This document shows, piece after piece, positions 24,571 to 37,918 of a stretch of DNA of 63,306 bases. Position 1 is the first letter of the stretch. Every line of letters begins with the position of its first letter. Where the stretch lies: contig NC_068997.1 of NCBI RefSeq assembly GCF_001194135.2, positions 50,530,620 to 50,593,925 of the forward strand, given 5' to 3'. The DNA comes from Octopus bimaculoides (Eukaryota). A program made the position numbers and the translations under genes. Under the pieces are notes generated by a model, which was not told the DNA's origin, made no database searches, and was given only the letters and a program-made list of their open reading frames with translations.

Positions 24571-25621
24571 TAATGGTGCTTTCATACCGATGGGCTTGGT
24601 AAAAATTATTAATTGTTAATTGATTTATTAATTAATAAATTGATAATCATTTACCCTTTCAATTTGTAATAATTATANNNNNNNNNNNNNNNNNNNNNNN
24701 NNNNNNNNNNNNNNNNNNNNNNNNNNNNNNNNNNNNNNNNNNNNNNNNNNNNNNNNNNNNNNNNNNNNNNNNNNNNNNNNNNNNNNNNNNNNNNNNNNNN
24801 NNNNNNNNNNNNNNNNNNNNNNNNNNNNNCTGTATGTATACGTGTACGTGCCTATGTCCATATACTATATGTGGTGATGTATTTGTGACTGAATCTATCC
24901 ATATATGTCCATGGCGTATATCTTTCTCTATTCCCAACCTCCCCATTCTCCTATTCATACATAAACGGAATCTCTCACACACGAATCATTCCCTGTCTGC
25001 ATCTATATCTCTCTTCGTTTCTCCGCCTTCCCCGTCTCTCCTGCTTTCTCCCCCCCTCTTTATTTCCTCCTCCCTTCCCCTCTCTCTGTCTAGGTCTATA
25101 CATACTGCCTACCAATGCCCTTTTAACAATGTCTCCTTGTATATGTATGTATACATGCATGCATGTACGTACGTGTTTTTGTACGTATGCATCTATGTAC
25201 GGTACGTATGTGTCTGTACAGATAAATCTTAGAAACGTGCAGCCTAATGTGTTTATACAATTTGTAAGATAATACTTAGTTTTTGAAAAAAATATCATTA
25301 TCTTACTTCGCCATTTCTCTTGACACAGCCATAGAAGCTTCCTTTGAAGAATTTAAATACTATGTTTGAGCACCAGACAAAATACTTGTCTGGTTCAGTC
25401 GGGAAGCCTGACCGGTTATCTTGCGGTTCAGTTTCGAATCACTGCTATACATCCTTTCGAAGTCGACAAATTAAAGTACTGATTAAGTAAAAGGGGTCGA
25501 CAGAATGGACCAACGCTTTCCTTTCAAAATTGCTGGCCTTGTGCCTAAATTTGAAACTTGTCGCAAGAAGTCGATTACAGCCACGGAAACACGAGAAGAC
25601 AACGCATGTTCGACATCACAA

Positions 25622-25785
25622 GGGTGCCTAATTATTGATGTGACAGTGCCAGATCAACATATCATGAAAGAAAGGAAAAAGATTGATAAACATGGAGACC
25701 TGAGAATTGAGACTGTTAAGATGTGGAAGCTACGAGAGACGAACATAAAGATTGCCTCTGTTGTCGTCGGAGCATTGGGGGTCAA
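25622..25785 (+). mobile_element. Fragment of an RLE-type (R4/Dong-like) non-LTR retrotransposon endonuclease domain
   Basis: CLIIDVTVPDQHIMKERKKIDKHGDLRIETVKMWKLRETNIKIASVVVGALG matches the C-terminal restriction-like endonuclease pattern (IIDV..P......KE..K..KY..L..E...MW.......PV..GALG). Confidence 0.75.
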
Positions 25786-26789
25786 TTATAATTATTGAGT
25801 GAAAGAGAAACGCATGCCATCAAAGTGACACTGGGGTACAAATATACGAAGCCCAATATACCTGTAGTGACTTGCAAATTTCTCATAATGGTCTCTCGTA
25901 TGATTTTAAAATATTCACCATATTACATACCAGCCTGAACAGATTTTTTTCGAGCGAAATATACTTACAGAGAGATGTAAGTTTCCTATGGCTGGCATTT
26001 TTTCCCTGTTGGTGAAAAAAATGACTAATTCATCATACGAATGTTTTTCTGTTTTCTTTCGCCGCAATATTTTTTCAGATATTTATGCACTAACGCAGCA
26101 ACTAACATAAATAAAGGCATAAACGAGAAGTAAACAAGATATTGCATATATTTATAATTTTTGTAAAAAGCACACAGAAAGAAATGTAATTTTCAAATGT
26201 AAGTACATATTGCATATGACACATATACAATATTAACCAAAATTCTAACGGAGAAAACTATAAAAAATTCCACGTTTGTTTGTATTACCAACAAGAAGGA
26301 AACCAGAAATATGATCTGTTAGTGGAGGGGAGAATGTGTAACCAAAACAAATGCTTCCCGCCTGAAACCATTACCATACGCGAGACAAAAACCAGATCTC
26401 GCTTGCAACCATTATTTAATGAAAAGACAACAATATTTTCCCTCTCATTCTTCTCAAGTTAGGAGCTCACAGCAGGCTTTTGTATGGAAGAGAAGGTTAA
26501 CTACGCACTGCTGTGTAGATGGTTACTGAAAGCAAACCTCTTGTACAAAGCACCAATGAATAAACGGTTATTGAATTTACTCCGCCTGAGAACTTCATTC
26601 TTCGTATTTCTAGCCCCTTGAATCAATAGAATAATTATAATGGAAGAAGAAGATACTCCCAAAATATCATAAAAACCTTTCTTCCATTATAACTTTATCC
26701 CGGAGTTGAGGAAATGTGAGGAAATTTTGGATCGATGTAAACCTCACATTGTGTGCTGTATTTCATCCTTTGATATTGTCCTCAATGTG

Positions 26790-27140
26790 AAGGCACGTCG
26801 CTTGGTGATTAGGGGGCATCAGCTCACGATCGTAAGGTCGTGAGTTCAATTCCCGGCGTCGCGCTGTGTCCTTGAGCAAGACACTTTATTTCAATTTGCT
26901 CCAGTTCATTCAGCTGGTAAAAATGAGATGTACTTGTAATTCAAAGGAGCCAGCCTTGTCACATTGTGTGTCATGTTGAATCTTCCTGAGAACTACATTA
27001 AAAGTACATAAGAACTACATTAAGAGTACAAAAGAACTACATTAAGACTGCTCAATCATTTGCACATTAATTTCACGGGTAGACTGTTCCGTCGAACGGA
27101 TCAACTGGAACTCTCGTCGTCATAACGAACGGAGTGCCAG
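26790..27140 (+). mobile_element. tRNA-derived SINE family C, near full length
   Basis: tRNA-like head with B-box GAGTTCAATTCCC, body CAAAGG.GCCAGCCTTGTCAC and tail GATCAACTGGAAC.CTCGTCGTC.TAAC..ACGGAGTGCC. Confidence 0.8.
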
Positions 27141-28399
27141 CATTCTTTATTGTCCTCAATATCAAGTGCCCTTGTGGCCAATAAAAATCATTGCCCCTGT
27201 AGGGCAGGATTCGTGACCGACGAACTGTAGACAGGAACTTCGTTGCGGGCTAGCTAGGAAGTTGGGTCAGCAACAAAAGAAAAGGGGACTTTCGGGAGAA
27301 GAAGGAAAACAAAAGAATGTCAACATTGAGTGCGAAACGAATCTGAGTGAATTAAGTAGAAATAACTGACGACTTAAGCCCTGGTGTACGTAAACAGACC
27401 TTTGATAAATGCATTCTCGTCTCCACTGGTTTGTTTGCGTATAGCTTAAGAAAGCTATACCATCATCATCATCATTATTGTCAGCAGCAGCAGCAGTGGT
27501 AGTAGTAGTAATAGTAAAAACACGATCAATTTCGGTGTTCGAGTTCGTTAAATTAATTTCCTTTCGTTGAGGTTGGAAAATATGGGACACAAACATATTA
27601 ATAGGAAGTAGAATTATAAACTAGATGGAGTTTATGAGGTCTTGTGTGTGTGTGTGTTGCGTGCATGTGTGTGAGAGTTTGTGTATTTGTCGGGTTGTGT
27701 GAGTTTGCATGTGTGTGTTTGTTTGTGAACGTGTGAGTAGTTACGTGGGGAAGTATAAGACGGACGTTCTTGGTTGTAGAGAAAGAAACAAATTGATATT
27801 TCGATATATGAACATAAAAGGCTTATGGCTAAAATATATAAAAACAAAAGTATATGTTTCCATATTGATTTTATATCGATTTAATGATATTAGAGAAAGT
27901 ATTATTTATAAAATGATGGCTTAGAAATACTTATAATAACATAGGCTACGGTTTGGATTTGAGTAGATGTTTGGATGCGTTTCCATCGATATTGTTTTTG
28001 TTGTTGTTATTGTGGACATCGTGGTCGTCGTCGCCGTTGTTGTTGTTCAAGGCCAACCGTCACCGGACTGATCTGTGACTGGACTGTTCCGAGATCATCT
28101 CATCTATAAGATTTATCATTGATCTTTAAATTGCTTCTGGTCATTGGACGACGGCCATGCTAGAGCACTGCCTTGGAATTTTTTAGCCAAACAAATCGAC
28201 ACAATTACTGCTGTGAATTGTCAACAAAACGTTGTGCGGTGTAATGAGATCTTTTCCCTTGAATAAAATTGGTGCCGTTGTTTGTCAACAACAACTATTG
28301 GCGGTACTGTTATTTATGACATCGTTCATGCATTTGTACTGGTTTTGGTTTTAGGGTTCGGGTTAGGGTTATGAGTACTTTTGCCAAATTTGGTGAAAA

Positions 28400-28620
28400 C
28401 TTTGTGGCAGTGTATTGAACAATTCACTACCAGCGAACTAAGTAACACCCCTTATATTTCAAGCACTATCTGGAGTATTTGGGTGGTTCCAAGCAGTGCT
28501 GTTTTCTGCAAGTGCTCCACCCTTATTGCAGCCCCTATTTCTCCCATGTACTTCTCAAGATTTTTACTCACTGTTCCCAGGGCTCTGATGATCATTGGTA
28601 CTACTACCACCTTTGTCAGT
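28400..28620 (-). mobile_element. 3' end of an R4/Dong-like retrotransposon (ORF C-terminus plus 3' UTR)
   Basis: Minus translation TKVVVVPMIIRALGTVSKNLEKYMGEIGAAIRVEHLQKTALLGTTQILQIVLEI* matches the ...GALG...LQK.ALLGT..IL..VL terminus of RLE elements. Confidence 0.8.
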
Positions 28621-29257
28621 AACCACAACTGTTTATCATCATCATCATTATTAATAATATTATTATTATTTTAAAATATTATATTCTCATATCATCCACT
28701 TTACCTGTGGGTTTCATACCAGGAGTTTACATAACCATAAAACTCTGGCAATCATCAGAAAAGGCCGAAATCAATAATATGGCGTGGGCTCACTGGAGGT
28801 CTGAAGGTGTTACCAGGTGCAAACCACTTAAGTAGACTAAGTAAGCAGTGTCTACACACACTAAAGCTATTAGAACTAATTATTCAGCATAAAAGGCAAA
28901 TGATTTCCAATTCATTAACAAAATACTAATACATAAACCTTAATACATAATTCAGTAAATAGCTTAAAACTTTCATGCTCGACAGATACCTCATTGTATA
29001 TATTGCGTGTAATGCCGTTGCAGTCACGTGCTGTGTTTGGAACACCAGAAAGAGTTACGTATTAAGCATTATATAAGAATGGAATAAATCCAACCTTTTG
29101 CTGTGGATTAAGTATAGTGTGAGTGGACTTATAAATATTAGACATGTCTGCAAAGTATTTTCATTACTAAATGCTGTGATTATTAAATTACTAGTTCTGT
29201 TTCTTAAAGCTTCAGACATTTACCCCAACCACTGAACAACAACTTTTAGCCAAAATA

Positions 29258-29296
<39 letters not shown>

Positions 29297-30379
29297 TGAT
29301 CTATCTACCTATAGGCACAGGCATGGCTGTGTGGTAAGAAGTTTGCTTCTCAACCACATCATTCCTGGTTCAATCCCACTGTAGGACACTTGAAGCAAGT
29401 GTCTTCTACTATTACCTCAGGTTGAAAAAAAAATTGTGGGTAGATTTGATAGACGAAAACTGCAAAAAACCTGTCATGTCATATATATATATATATATAT
29501 ATATATATNNNNNNNNNNNNNNNNNNNNNNNNNNNNNNNNNNNNNNNNNNNNNNNNNNNNNNNNNNNNNNNNNNNNNNNNNNNNNNNNNNNNNNNNNNNN
29601 NNNNNNNNNNNNNNNNNNNNNNNNNNNNNNNNNNNNNNNNNNNNNNNNNNNNNNNNNNNNNNNNNNNNNNNNNNNNNNNNNNNNNNNNNNNNNNNNNNNN
29701 NNNNNNNNNNNNNNNNNNNNNNGTGTGTGTGTGGCCGTTGATCGTTACCAACGTCGCCCCCTGGCACGTGAAAAGACATTCGAGCGAGATTGTTGCCAGT
29801 GCTGATGGACTGGCTCCTGTGTCAGTGGCACGTAAAACACCCACTACACTCTCGGAGTGGTTGGCGTTAGGAAGGGCATCCAGCTGTAGAAACTCTGCCA
29901 AATCAGATTGGAGCCTGGTGTAGCCATCTGGTTCACCAGTCCTCAGTCAAATTGTCCAACCCATGCTAGCATGGAAAGCGGACGTTAAACGATGATAATG
30001 ATGATGATGATGATATACAACAGCTTCTTTCGAACCATTAATCCCTACACATTTTTTCTCTCTCCATTTTTTCCCCTGAACTCTTTCTGTTGAAGAGCTA
30101 GGCTCGAAAAGTTAAAGACTTTTCCATTCTTCCTGAGCCTCAAACTAATACACCTGCTTGTTACTCCCTCACCTGTTTTCATCTTATATTATCTGTAAAC
30201 CTGAACTATATATATATACATACATACATACACACATACATATGTGTTTGTATATAGTTGAAATCTATAGAAAAATAAAGGACAAAGACAGGTGTGTGAC
30301 CACAAGCAGGTGTTTTAGTTTGGTGCTTGTAAAAATGAAAAAGTCCTTTGTGTATGTAGATAGATAGATAGATATATAA

Positions 30380-30425
<46 letters not shown>

Positions 30426-30486
30426 GTTGTCGGTTGCCAAAATATTTCCACATAGTATTTCATGATGAGCTACTGCCTACCCAGAT

Positions 30487-30521
<35 letters not shown>

Positions 30522-30531
30522 NNNNNNNNNN

Positions 30532-30576
<45 letters not shown>

Positions 30577-30949
30577 GTTTGTGTATGCGTACATCAGTAT
30601 GTGTGTAAAGGTGCATGAATGTGTGTGCGCACGTGTGTGTGTGTGTGTATGAGTATATTTATAAGCATATGTAAATTTATGTATGCACCTAAGTATGTAC
30701 AACTATTGATTTTCTTAAAGAAACTATATATATTAACACAGTTTCTGTCAAATTCCAAAGGTGAGCCTATAGCTATACCATCTGTATGCATGTACCAATA
30801 TACGATTAACATTAGTTATCTGAATGCAACGCTTTACCTCTGTGTGTGTGTGTATGTGTGCATGTATGTGTGTATGTGTGCGTGTATGTACTTTAAGTTA
30901 TGTTGTTGGTGCCAGCGTAAGGAGAGATTTTATAATAATCTGATTATGA

Positions 30950-31235
30950 GAGTAATGCTCTCTCACTCTCTCATCGTTTCTCCTTCTCGTTCTATCTTTC
31001 CTTCTCTCTCACTCTCCCTCTCTTAATCCCTCTCTCTGATTCTTCCTTTCTCTTCCCCCCCCCTTTCCTCTCTTTCTCTCTAATTCTTTTTCTCTTATCC
31101 TCTCTCCCCTCTTTCTCTTACTTTCTGTTCATCTCTCATTTCCTTCTCATTCTTTCTTATTCTTCCTCTTTCTTTCTCCCCTCCTCTCTCTCTACTTCTC
31201 CCCCACTCCTCCTCCTTCCCCTCTCTGTCTTCCAT
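30950..31235. repeat. CT-rich polypyrimidine low-complexity tract
   Basis: Directly visible. Confidence 0.9.
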
Positions 31236-31759
31236 GCAGTGTGATTCACGATCTATTTTATCGATCTTTCAACAGATACATCATGACACTACTTGCTTAT
31301 AATACGGTCGTAACAACTTAAAAGAATGACAGAGGTGAAGGCGGTAGGGTGGGGTGGGGTGATTTGGGGGTGTCGACAGGGGAGGGGACTGGAAATTAGC
31401 TAGGGTTGCCTTTTGCAGGAAGCATAGTCAAGTTGTTGCAAACAAACTCAATGTATAGAAACAAAACACTTTTTTTCTTAATTAAAAACCAGTCGTAATG
31501 AGGAATGAAAACAAAATTAGCTTAATGAGTAATTATAATTACAACCAAGAAAAACAGACGAGACAACTTTGAATTTTAGCATGAAGCTGGGCTTTGATAA
31601 AAAGGGTGACAACTCGGAGACATTCCCGTCTTATTTGACCTCTTCAGCGAAACTTGGTTATCACAAACACTTACCAAACCTCCAAATAAGTAACAGATAT
31701 AAACAGACCGAGTTATTAAACACTAATTGACGTGATAACTTAAATATAACGACAGAATG

Positions 31760-32200
31760 GGGGAGGGCAAACGAAATGCTTAGTGGTATTTCGCTCATTG
31801 CTACGTTCTGAGTTCAAATTCCGCTGAGGTCAGCTTTACCTTTCATCCCTTTGGGGGGTTGATAAATTAAGTATCAGTTGCATACTGGGTTGATCTAATC
31901 GACTGGCCTCCTCCCACCAAATTTCAGGCCTTGTGCCTAGAGTAGAAAGGATTATCTCTTTCTTCTTCACACTTTTAAAGGCAGTGAGCTGGCAGAATCA
32001 TTAGCACACCAGGCAAAATGCTTAGCGGTATTTCGTCTGTCTTTATGTTCTGAGTTCAAATTCCGCCGAGGTTGACTTTGCCTTTTATCCTTTTGGAGTC
32101 GATAAATTAAGTACCAGTTGCATACTGGGGTCAATCTAATCAACTGACCTCTACCCCCCCAAAAAAACTTCAGGCCTTGTGCTTAGAGTAGAAAAGAATG
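31760..32200 (+). mobile_element. Tandem pair of family A SINEs
   Basis: Two consecutive units, each ending GGCCTTGTGC.TAGAGTAGAAA. Confidence 0.85.
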
Positions 32201-32257
32201 AAAAGAAACCTGCGATCAACAGCAATTGTTCGCGAATTATGATATAAAATAAAATAA

Positions 32258-32603
32258 AACAAGAGCACTCAGAGAGCACAAACCTCTGCCAAGGCAACCC
32301 CAACGTCCTCTCAACAATTAGCTAGAGATGATTTTTAAAATGAGAATATCTGAAATAAAATTGACTGCTCTCACAAACAAGAATACTGAAAATGAACCTG
32401 ACTGCTCTCAAAAATTAAGTAAAAAAAAAAACAGAAAAATAATCCAGAATCCTTGTCTGCTACCAGATCGATCCCAAAATCTAATCAGTTCGTGCCAGTC
32501 ATGAGGCCAAACATCCCTGAAAGTTTCATCCGAATCCATCCAGCAGTTCTTGAGATATCTTGTCTACAGACAAACAAACAAACCTTAGCGAAGGTGGCAG
32601 TAA
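32258..32603 (+). mobile_element. Helentron-associated non-autonomous element (HINE/DINE-1-like)
   Basis: Starts AACAAGAGCACTCAGAGAGC, contains GAAAGTTTCATCCGAATCCATCCAGC.GTTCTTGAGATATC, an (ACAA)n tract and a 3' hairpin ACCTT-AGCG-AAGGT, in an A/T-rich target. This matches the HINE architecture. Confidence 0.55.
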
Positions 32604-34190
32604 TAAAAAACTTTGTAGTGTTAGCAGCAACCATTAATAAGATATCAGATGTCACGTTGTTTTTATTGCAACCTCAGATAACATAAACCTGATGACTAGT
32701 TTGTTATAATTGTTGTTGTTACTGTATAAATAATAATAATGTAAGATCCGGTTTTGTCATCAATCACAAAGACAAACAGTTTTACTTATATTTCAGACTT
32801 TATTGTTCAAAGATATTTCAAGCAAAACCGTGAGAGTGTCCAACCCAGTTTAACCAATGGTGCTCCTTAGTTCATCTTAACCACACAACCATGCCTACGC
32901 CTACATAAAAATCATAGAGGAAATAAGCTGTCCAAGCCTTGACCGAATAAAATTAGTTTTAAGGATATAACTCCATATTTGAAACACACACACATATTTT
33001 TATATATATGTAAAAATGATGCGCCGAGACTTCTTTAAATGTAAAGTAGTACCCCAATCCCCAAGTGGTTTAATATTTATAGAATTGCGATATTTCTCAG
33101 TCTATTTCTCGTTCCACACAAGAATCATTATTAGGACTTTGTTTGTTAATTAAAATAGATTAATATAAATCACTTGTCACAGAAATGGGATCATACAATC
33201 CCATCACTATTAATTTTCTAGATGAATTTCACTAGAGAGTCATATTATAGTTACCTTTATAGATCTAACTGCATATTAATTTGATAGATAAGCTAGCACT
33301 CTGTGTATCTAAGAGAGGGGATAATTGAAATGAATACAAGAGTGCCAATATTTTTTATGATTTTACTTTGTAGCATGGTTCTGTAATAAACTGCATTAGC
33401 TTACAGCTAATGTTTGTTGTGTAGAGGTGTTTGTTGTATAGAACAACTTCCTCAATGTAATGCAATATTCCAAACAAACAGATGGGATGCATAAACATGC
33501 TGTCCCTGTGGTTTCTATTGGGACGTCATTAAAGGCGGAGTTTGTCTTTCGTTCACTGACAGCAGAAGTTACAGTAATCGCTAGTATATTTAGTATGCTA
33601 TGTAATTCATCTCTAAACATTCTACACAACTTGACATTTCAACACATAGATATGATGTTTATTATATAACGATTAACAGACATAGTGGGTGGTGATGGTA
33701 GTGGCGGTGGCTGGCAAACTCGGTGCATCAAACCAAAATACCTTGTTCCGGCTTGTTACGATCTTTTACGTTTTGTATTTCAATACTACAAATTTTGCTG
33801 ACAATACTGGGCGGTCTTTGCATCTAGAACATCACTTTCGCTTCTCTGATAATTTATTGATGAAAGCAGTGATGTCCTAAGCTCAATGACAATCCACAAG
33901 GATTGGTTAAATTCATGAAAGTCAGTGTCCTAGCATGGCTAGAATGCAATAAACACATGATTATGATGTGTATTATAACGATTAATATGTATAGTGGGTT
34001 GTGGTTGGCAGAATCAGTGGAGCCTCAAATTGAAATACTTTGTGCTAGTTTGTTACATTCTTTTACATTTTATATTCAAATCCCTCCCTGTTTCACTTTC
34101 TTTCACTCTTAAGAAATGAAGTAAAACAAGTCATTTTCGCCTTCGTCATCACTATTGATTGACAGAATTCAAATTGGTGAATTCAAAAAA

Positions 34191-34421
34191 GGCGGCGAGC
34201 TGGCAGAAACGTTAGCACGCCGGGCGAAATGCTTAGCGGTATTTCGTCTGCCGTTACGTTCTGAGTTCAAATTCCGCCGAGGTCGACTTTGCCTTTCATC
34301 CTTTCGGGGTCGATAAATTAAGTACCAGTTGTGTACAGGGGTTGATGTAATCGACTTAATCCCTTTGTCTGTTCTTGTTTGTCCCCTCTATGTTTAACTC
34401 CTTGTGGGCAATAAAGAAATA
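34191..34421 (+). mobile_element. Young, near-consensus family A SINE with TSD
   Basis: CpG-intact head; 16-bp direct repeat AGAATTCAAATTGGTG at 34164-34179 and 34422-34437. Confidence 0.9.
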
Positions 34422-34584
34422 AGAATTCAAATTGGTGTCCTAAATTCAAAGATTGCCCAAGTGTTGACTATACCCTAGAAAGTCAGTACCCTAATATGAC
34501 CAGAATACAATAACAGGAACTTCTGAAAGAATATATCTACATACGTTTTATAAACAAAACCTTCATGTGTCTCATTGTAAACAG

Positions 34585-34648
34585 GCGCTGGAAATTAGAG
34601 CAACAGCAACAATCAGCTGCTGAATCAAACATCTCGGCTGTGATGTAA
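34585..34648 (+). CDS. Candidate terminal coding exon (RWKLEQQQQSAAESNISAVM*), gene unknown
   Basis: Acceptor TCTCATTGTAAACAG|G, short open frame to TAA, unique AT-rich downstream sequence with AATAAA near 34805. No homology recognised. Confidence 0.25.
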
Positions 34649-36184
34649 CTTATTCGAAACTAAATATAAAATTAAATCAACATTCCTGTATGGGTTTTTG
34701 CAGCTCTTTGTTATTCCTCTAAACTTAACAATTCTATTTTTAAGCTGTACTCACTTGTCTAGTAAGTGACACAATCTGAAATCTGTGTGTTGAAACAATT
34801 ACAGAATAAAACACACAGTTTAGAAATTCCAAAACTCACACAAAAATGTTCAATTCCCATTTCGTTTATTCCTCAAGGTATCGAAAGTTTTAGTCCCACA
34901 ATTATATCCGGCTCATTGACACGGCTTCACTGATTACATTGGGACGACAAGAACGATGATATCACAACAAAATAAACAAGAAGTATTATTTTAACAGCTT
35001 ATTTCTGTATACTAAATCACTAAAATAGCTCTTCTATGCTGCAATTACTTAACCATTTTGGTTTTCTAGCAACATTAGACATAAAAAATGCAATAGGTAG
35101 GTGATCTGGTATATTCTGTGTTGAATTTACCCACTGCATAATTTTGCGTTCCTTATTCAAGCCCAGCCAGGTTAACTTTGACTTTGCATCAGAGCAGAGA
35201 ATCGGTAATAATTATCAGGAATATATTAGTTTCAGATTTTGACACAAGTTAGATGAATGACTGTTATTGAGGAATTTAGAGTGTCTTCACCGAATATACA
35301 GCTCGTAGTGTGATTGCTTCTGTACTTACTAGTATTACCAAATTTTATAATATCTATCCAACAAAATGCATTTGTTCTGTGTTAACATCATCATCATCAT
35401 CGTTTAACGTCCGCTTTCCATGCTAGCATGGGTTGGACGATTTGACTGAGGACTGGCGAACTAGATGGCTACACCAGGCTCCAATCTGATTTGGCAGAGT
35501 TTCTACAGTTGGATGCCCTTCCCAAATGTAATAAAGTTTTCACTGAAGAACACATTTGTGGATCTCCATCCAAATGTAATAAACACTCTCTGCAGAGGAT
35601 GCCAATAGCCTCAACAGCAAAAAGTGTGTGGGAAAACAAATGGTATAAGCTGCAGATTGTGCCTATCATACTTTTTCCTGTACATACCATCATTATCATT
35701 AACATCCTCATTTATCATCCACTTTCCATGCTGGCATGCATTGGACAGTTTGACAAGATTTGCTGAGCTTACAAGGCCACATCGAGCTCCAGTATCAACT
35801 TTGGAATGGTTTCTATGGTTGGATGCCATTCCCAAAACCCATCACTCTGTGGAGTATATTGGGTATTGCTGTACTCTTTCACCACAACTTTCTCTCACTC
35901 TTACTTCCTGTTTCTGTTGTGCCTGTAATTTAAAGGGTCAGCCTTGTCACACTCTGTGTCATGCTGAATATCCTCTAGAACTACGTTAAGGGTACACGTG
36001 TCAGTGGAGAGTGCTCAACCACTTGCATGTTAATTTCACAAGCAGTCTGTTCCGTTGATCGGATCAACTGGAACCCTCGACGTTGTAAGCGACAGAGTGC
36101 CAAAACACACACACACACACACACAAACCGGAATTCCACCCAATAATCTAGTGACATCTACCTCCTTGTTGGTTTTTATCATCT

Positions 36185-36600
36185 CAAAGGCAATTCAGCA
36201 GTCTCTAATACAGATTTAGTTTGATTGATCACCATACCTAATGATTGTAACGTTGCTTTATGATTCTATCTACCTTGATAAGTAGATTTCCAACAGTTTT
36301 AGCAGCTTCAACACATACATCAACCTGATGAATAACATTATCAATGTCATTTCCAATAATATGATCGATTACCTTCTGAAATGTGGTGTTGGCCGTTTTA
36401 ATTCCGCATGGAAGACATGTCCGCCTTAAAAGGCCATTGGTGCATTTACCAAACTCACATCTCTTGCTTCATAACACATTTCTGTTATATTTAAATGAGA
36501 TTTATCAAAATCATTCATGCCAGAAAGAGAATAAAAATAATAATTCAGTGTTTGGACTTGGTTAAAAATCTGAACCAATTTTTTTTTCACTTCCACCTGA
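36185..36600 (-). pseudogene. Decayed Ty3/Gypsy reverse transcriptase fragment
   Basis: Minus translation with stops and frameshifts: ...YEARDVSLVNAPM...LPCGIKTANTTFQKVIDHIIGNDIDNVIHQVDVCVEA...GMVINQTKSV. This follows the Gypsy RT motif order (INTPxG / LPFGIK.A..FQK / YxDD / G..IN..K). Confidence 0.65.
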
Positions 36601-37731
36601 CTGATACCCATTGCATTCATCTCAATCCCCATCTTTAATTACCTGTTACAACTCTTTTCACTCCAGCACACTTACCCACCCACCTTTTCTCTCCTTCTAT
36701 CCCTGTTCTCTTTCTCATATTCACTTTGTACCTTGACCTCATTCTCTCTCTCTCCTGATGGAGAAGCTATGCATTCACCTCTTCAGCAAGACACTTACTC
36801 CTCTCTCTCTCTCTATCATAATTTCCTTATCCCTCTCTATAATTCTCTCTTAGTTAAGAAGGTTTTGTCTTGCAAGCACTTGGTGACCTCACCAGTGCTG
36901 ATACCATGAAAAAAAACATACCCAGCACATTCTGTAAAGTGGTTGGTGTTAGGAAAGGCATCCAACCGTAGAAATGATGGTAAAACATAAAGTAAAGTTA
37001 CCTTCTTGAGTCATAGTGACTCATAAGGGTCGGTTTCCTGGTTTCCATGGCATATATATATTCCCCTCCTGGATGGGACGCCAGTCTATCACAGGGTTGC
37101 TCATTTTTGCCAACATGGGAAAAAAAGAATGACGTTAAATGATGATGGTGGTGGTGGTGGTGGTGATGAAGGTGGTTGTAGTCATGGTGGTGATGATGCT
37201 GATGATGATGATGATGGTGGTGGTCGTCGTGCTGCTGGTGGTGAGGATGATGATGATGACTTACTTAATGGTTTCTACATATTCTGAGATTTCCGTTTAC
37301 CTTTTCCACTGTTTCCAAAGAAGAGTGTTGTATATTGTTTCCAGGAGGAATTTCTTCTTAAAGATGTTCATTAATTAATAGTTTCCACAGCTTCGCTAAG
37401 GCCATTACTTTAATGTGTATTAGCAACGATCTTATCTCAAAAATAACATGGTTCAATATTTCTCTTTAAGAAAAAATCTTAACCTATAAAACCTTTTAAT
37501 CTTCCAGATTGTGCCAGAACCTTTGATTTCATGAATTAATGTCGAACCATCAAGCATGCAATTATATTAACATGTTATTGACTTCACAGGAATTATTCAT
37601 CTTCATTATGTATAATTTAAAGATTATAAATTATATTAGCATAACACACAGAAATTTCCTGATAGGCATCATAACAAGAACAATTTGGCTATGGCTTTTG
37701 TTTTCAAAGAGATTTCCGAATATATAATTGG

Positions 37732-37918
37732 TTAAACAAATTTTTAGATCAGTTCAAATACATATGGGACGTATCTGGTTTGTAAAAATGCCATTTTTAC
37801 TGTACTTTGCTGTGGAGAAAACATTTGCTTTCCTCCATGGCAAACCACAGTGAAGATGGATGTGCTACAGGTCAAATGTGTCCCAAATGTATTTGAACTG
37901 GTCTAAAAGTTTGGTTAA
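37732..37918. mobile_element. Fully palindromic about 187-bp element bounded by TTAA
   Basis: Left TTAAACAAATTTTTAGATCAGTTCAAATACATATGGGAC versus right reverse complement TTAACCAAACTTTTAGACCAGTTCAAATACATTTGGGAC; similarity continues to the centre. Confidence 0.75.

Noticed and set aside
25963-25985. GTAAGT donor motifs on both strands
   Set aside because: They form a small inverted repeat (ACTTACA...TGTAAGT), and no convincing exon is attached.
33396-33629. ITVTSAVSERK as a possible hAT dimerisation motif, or a plus-strand exon
   Set aside because: The match is too short and the surrounding residues do not fit.
34191-34290. SINE heads with A/B boxes as additional tRNA genes (families A, B, C, F)
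   Set aside because: They do not form full cloverleaves and continue into shared SINE bodies.
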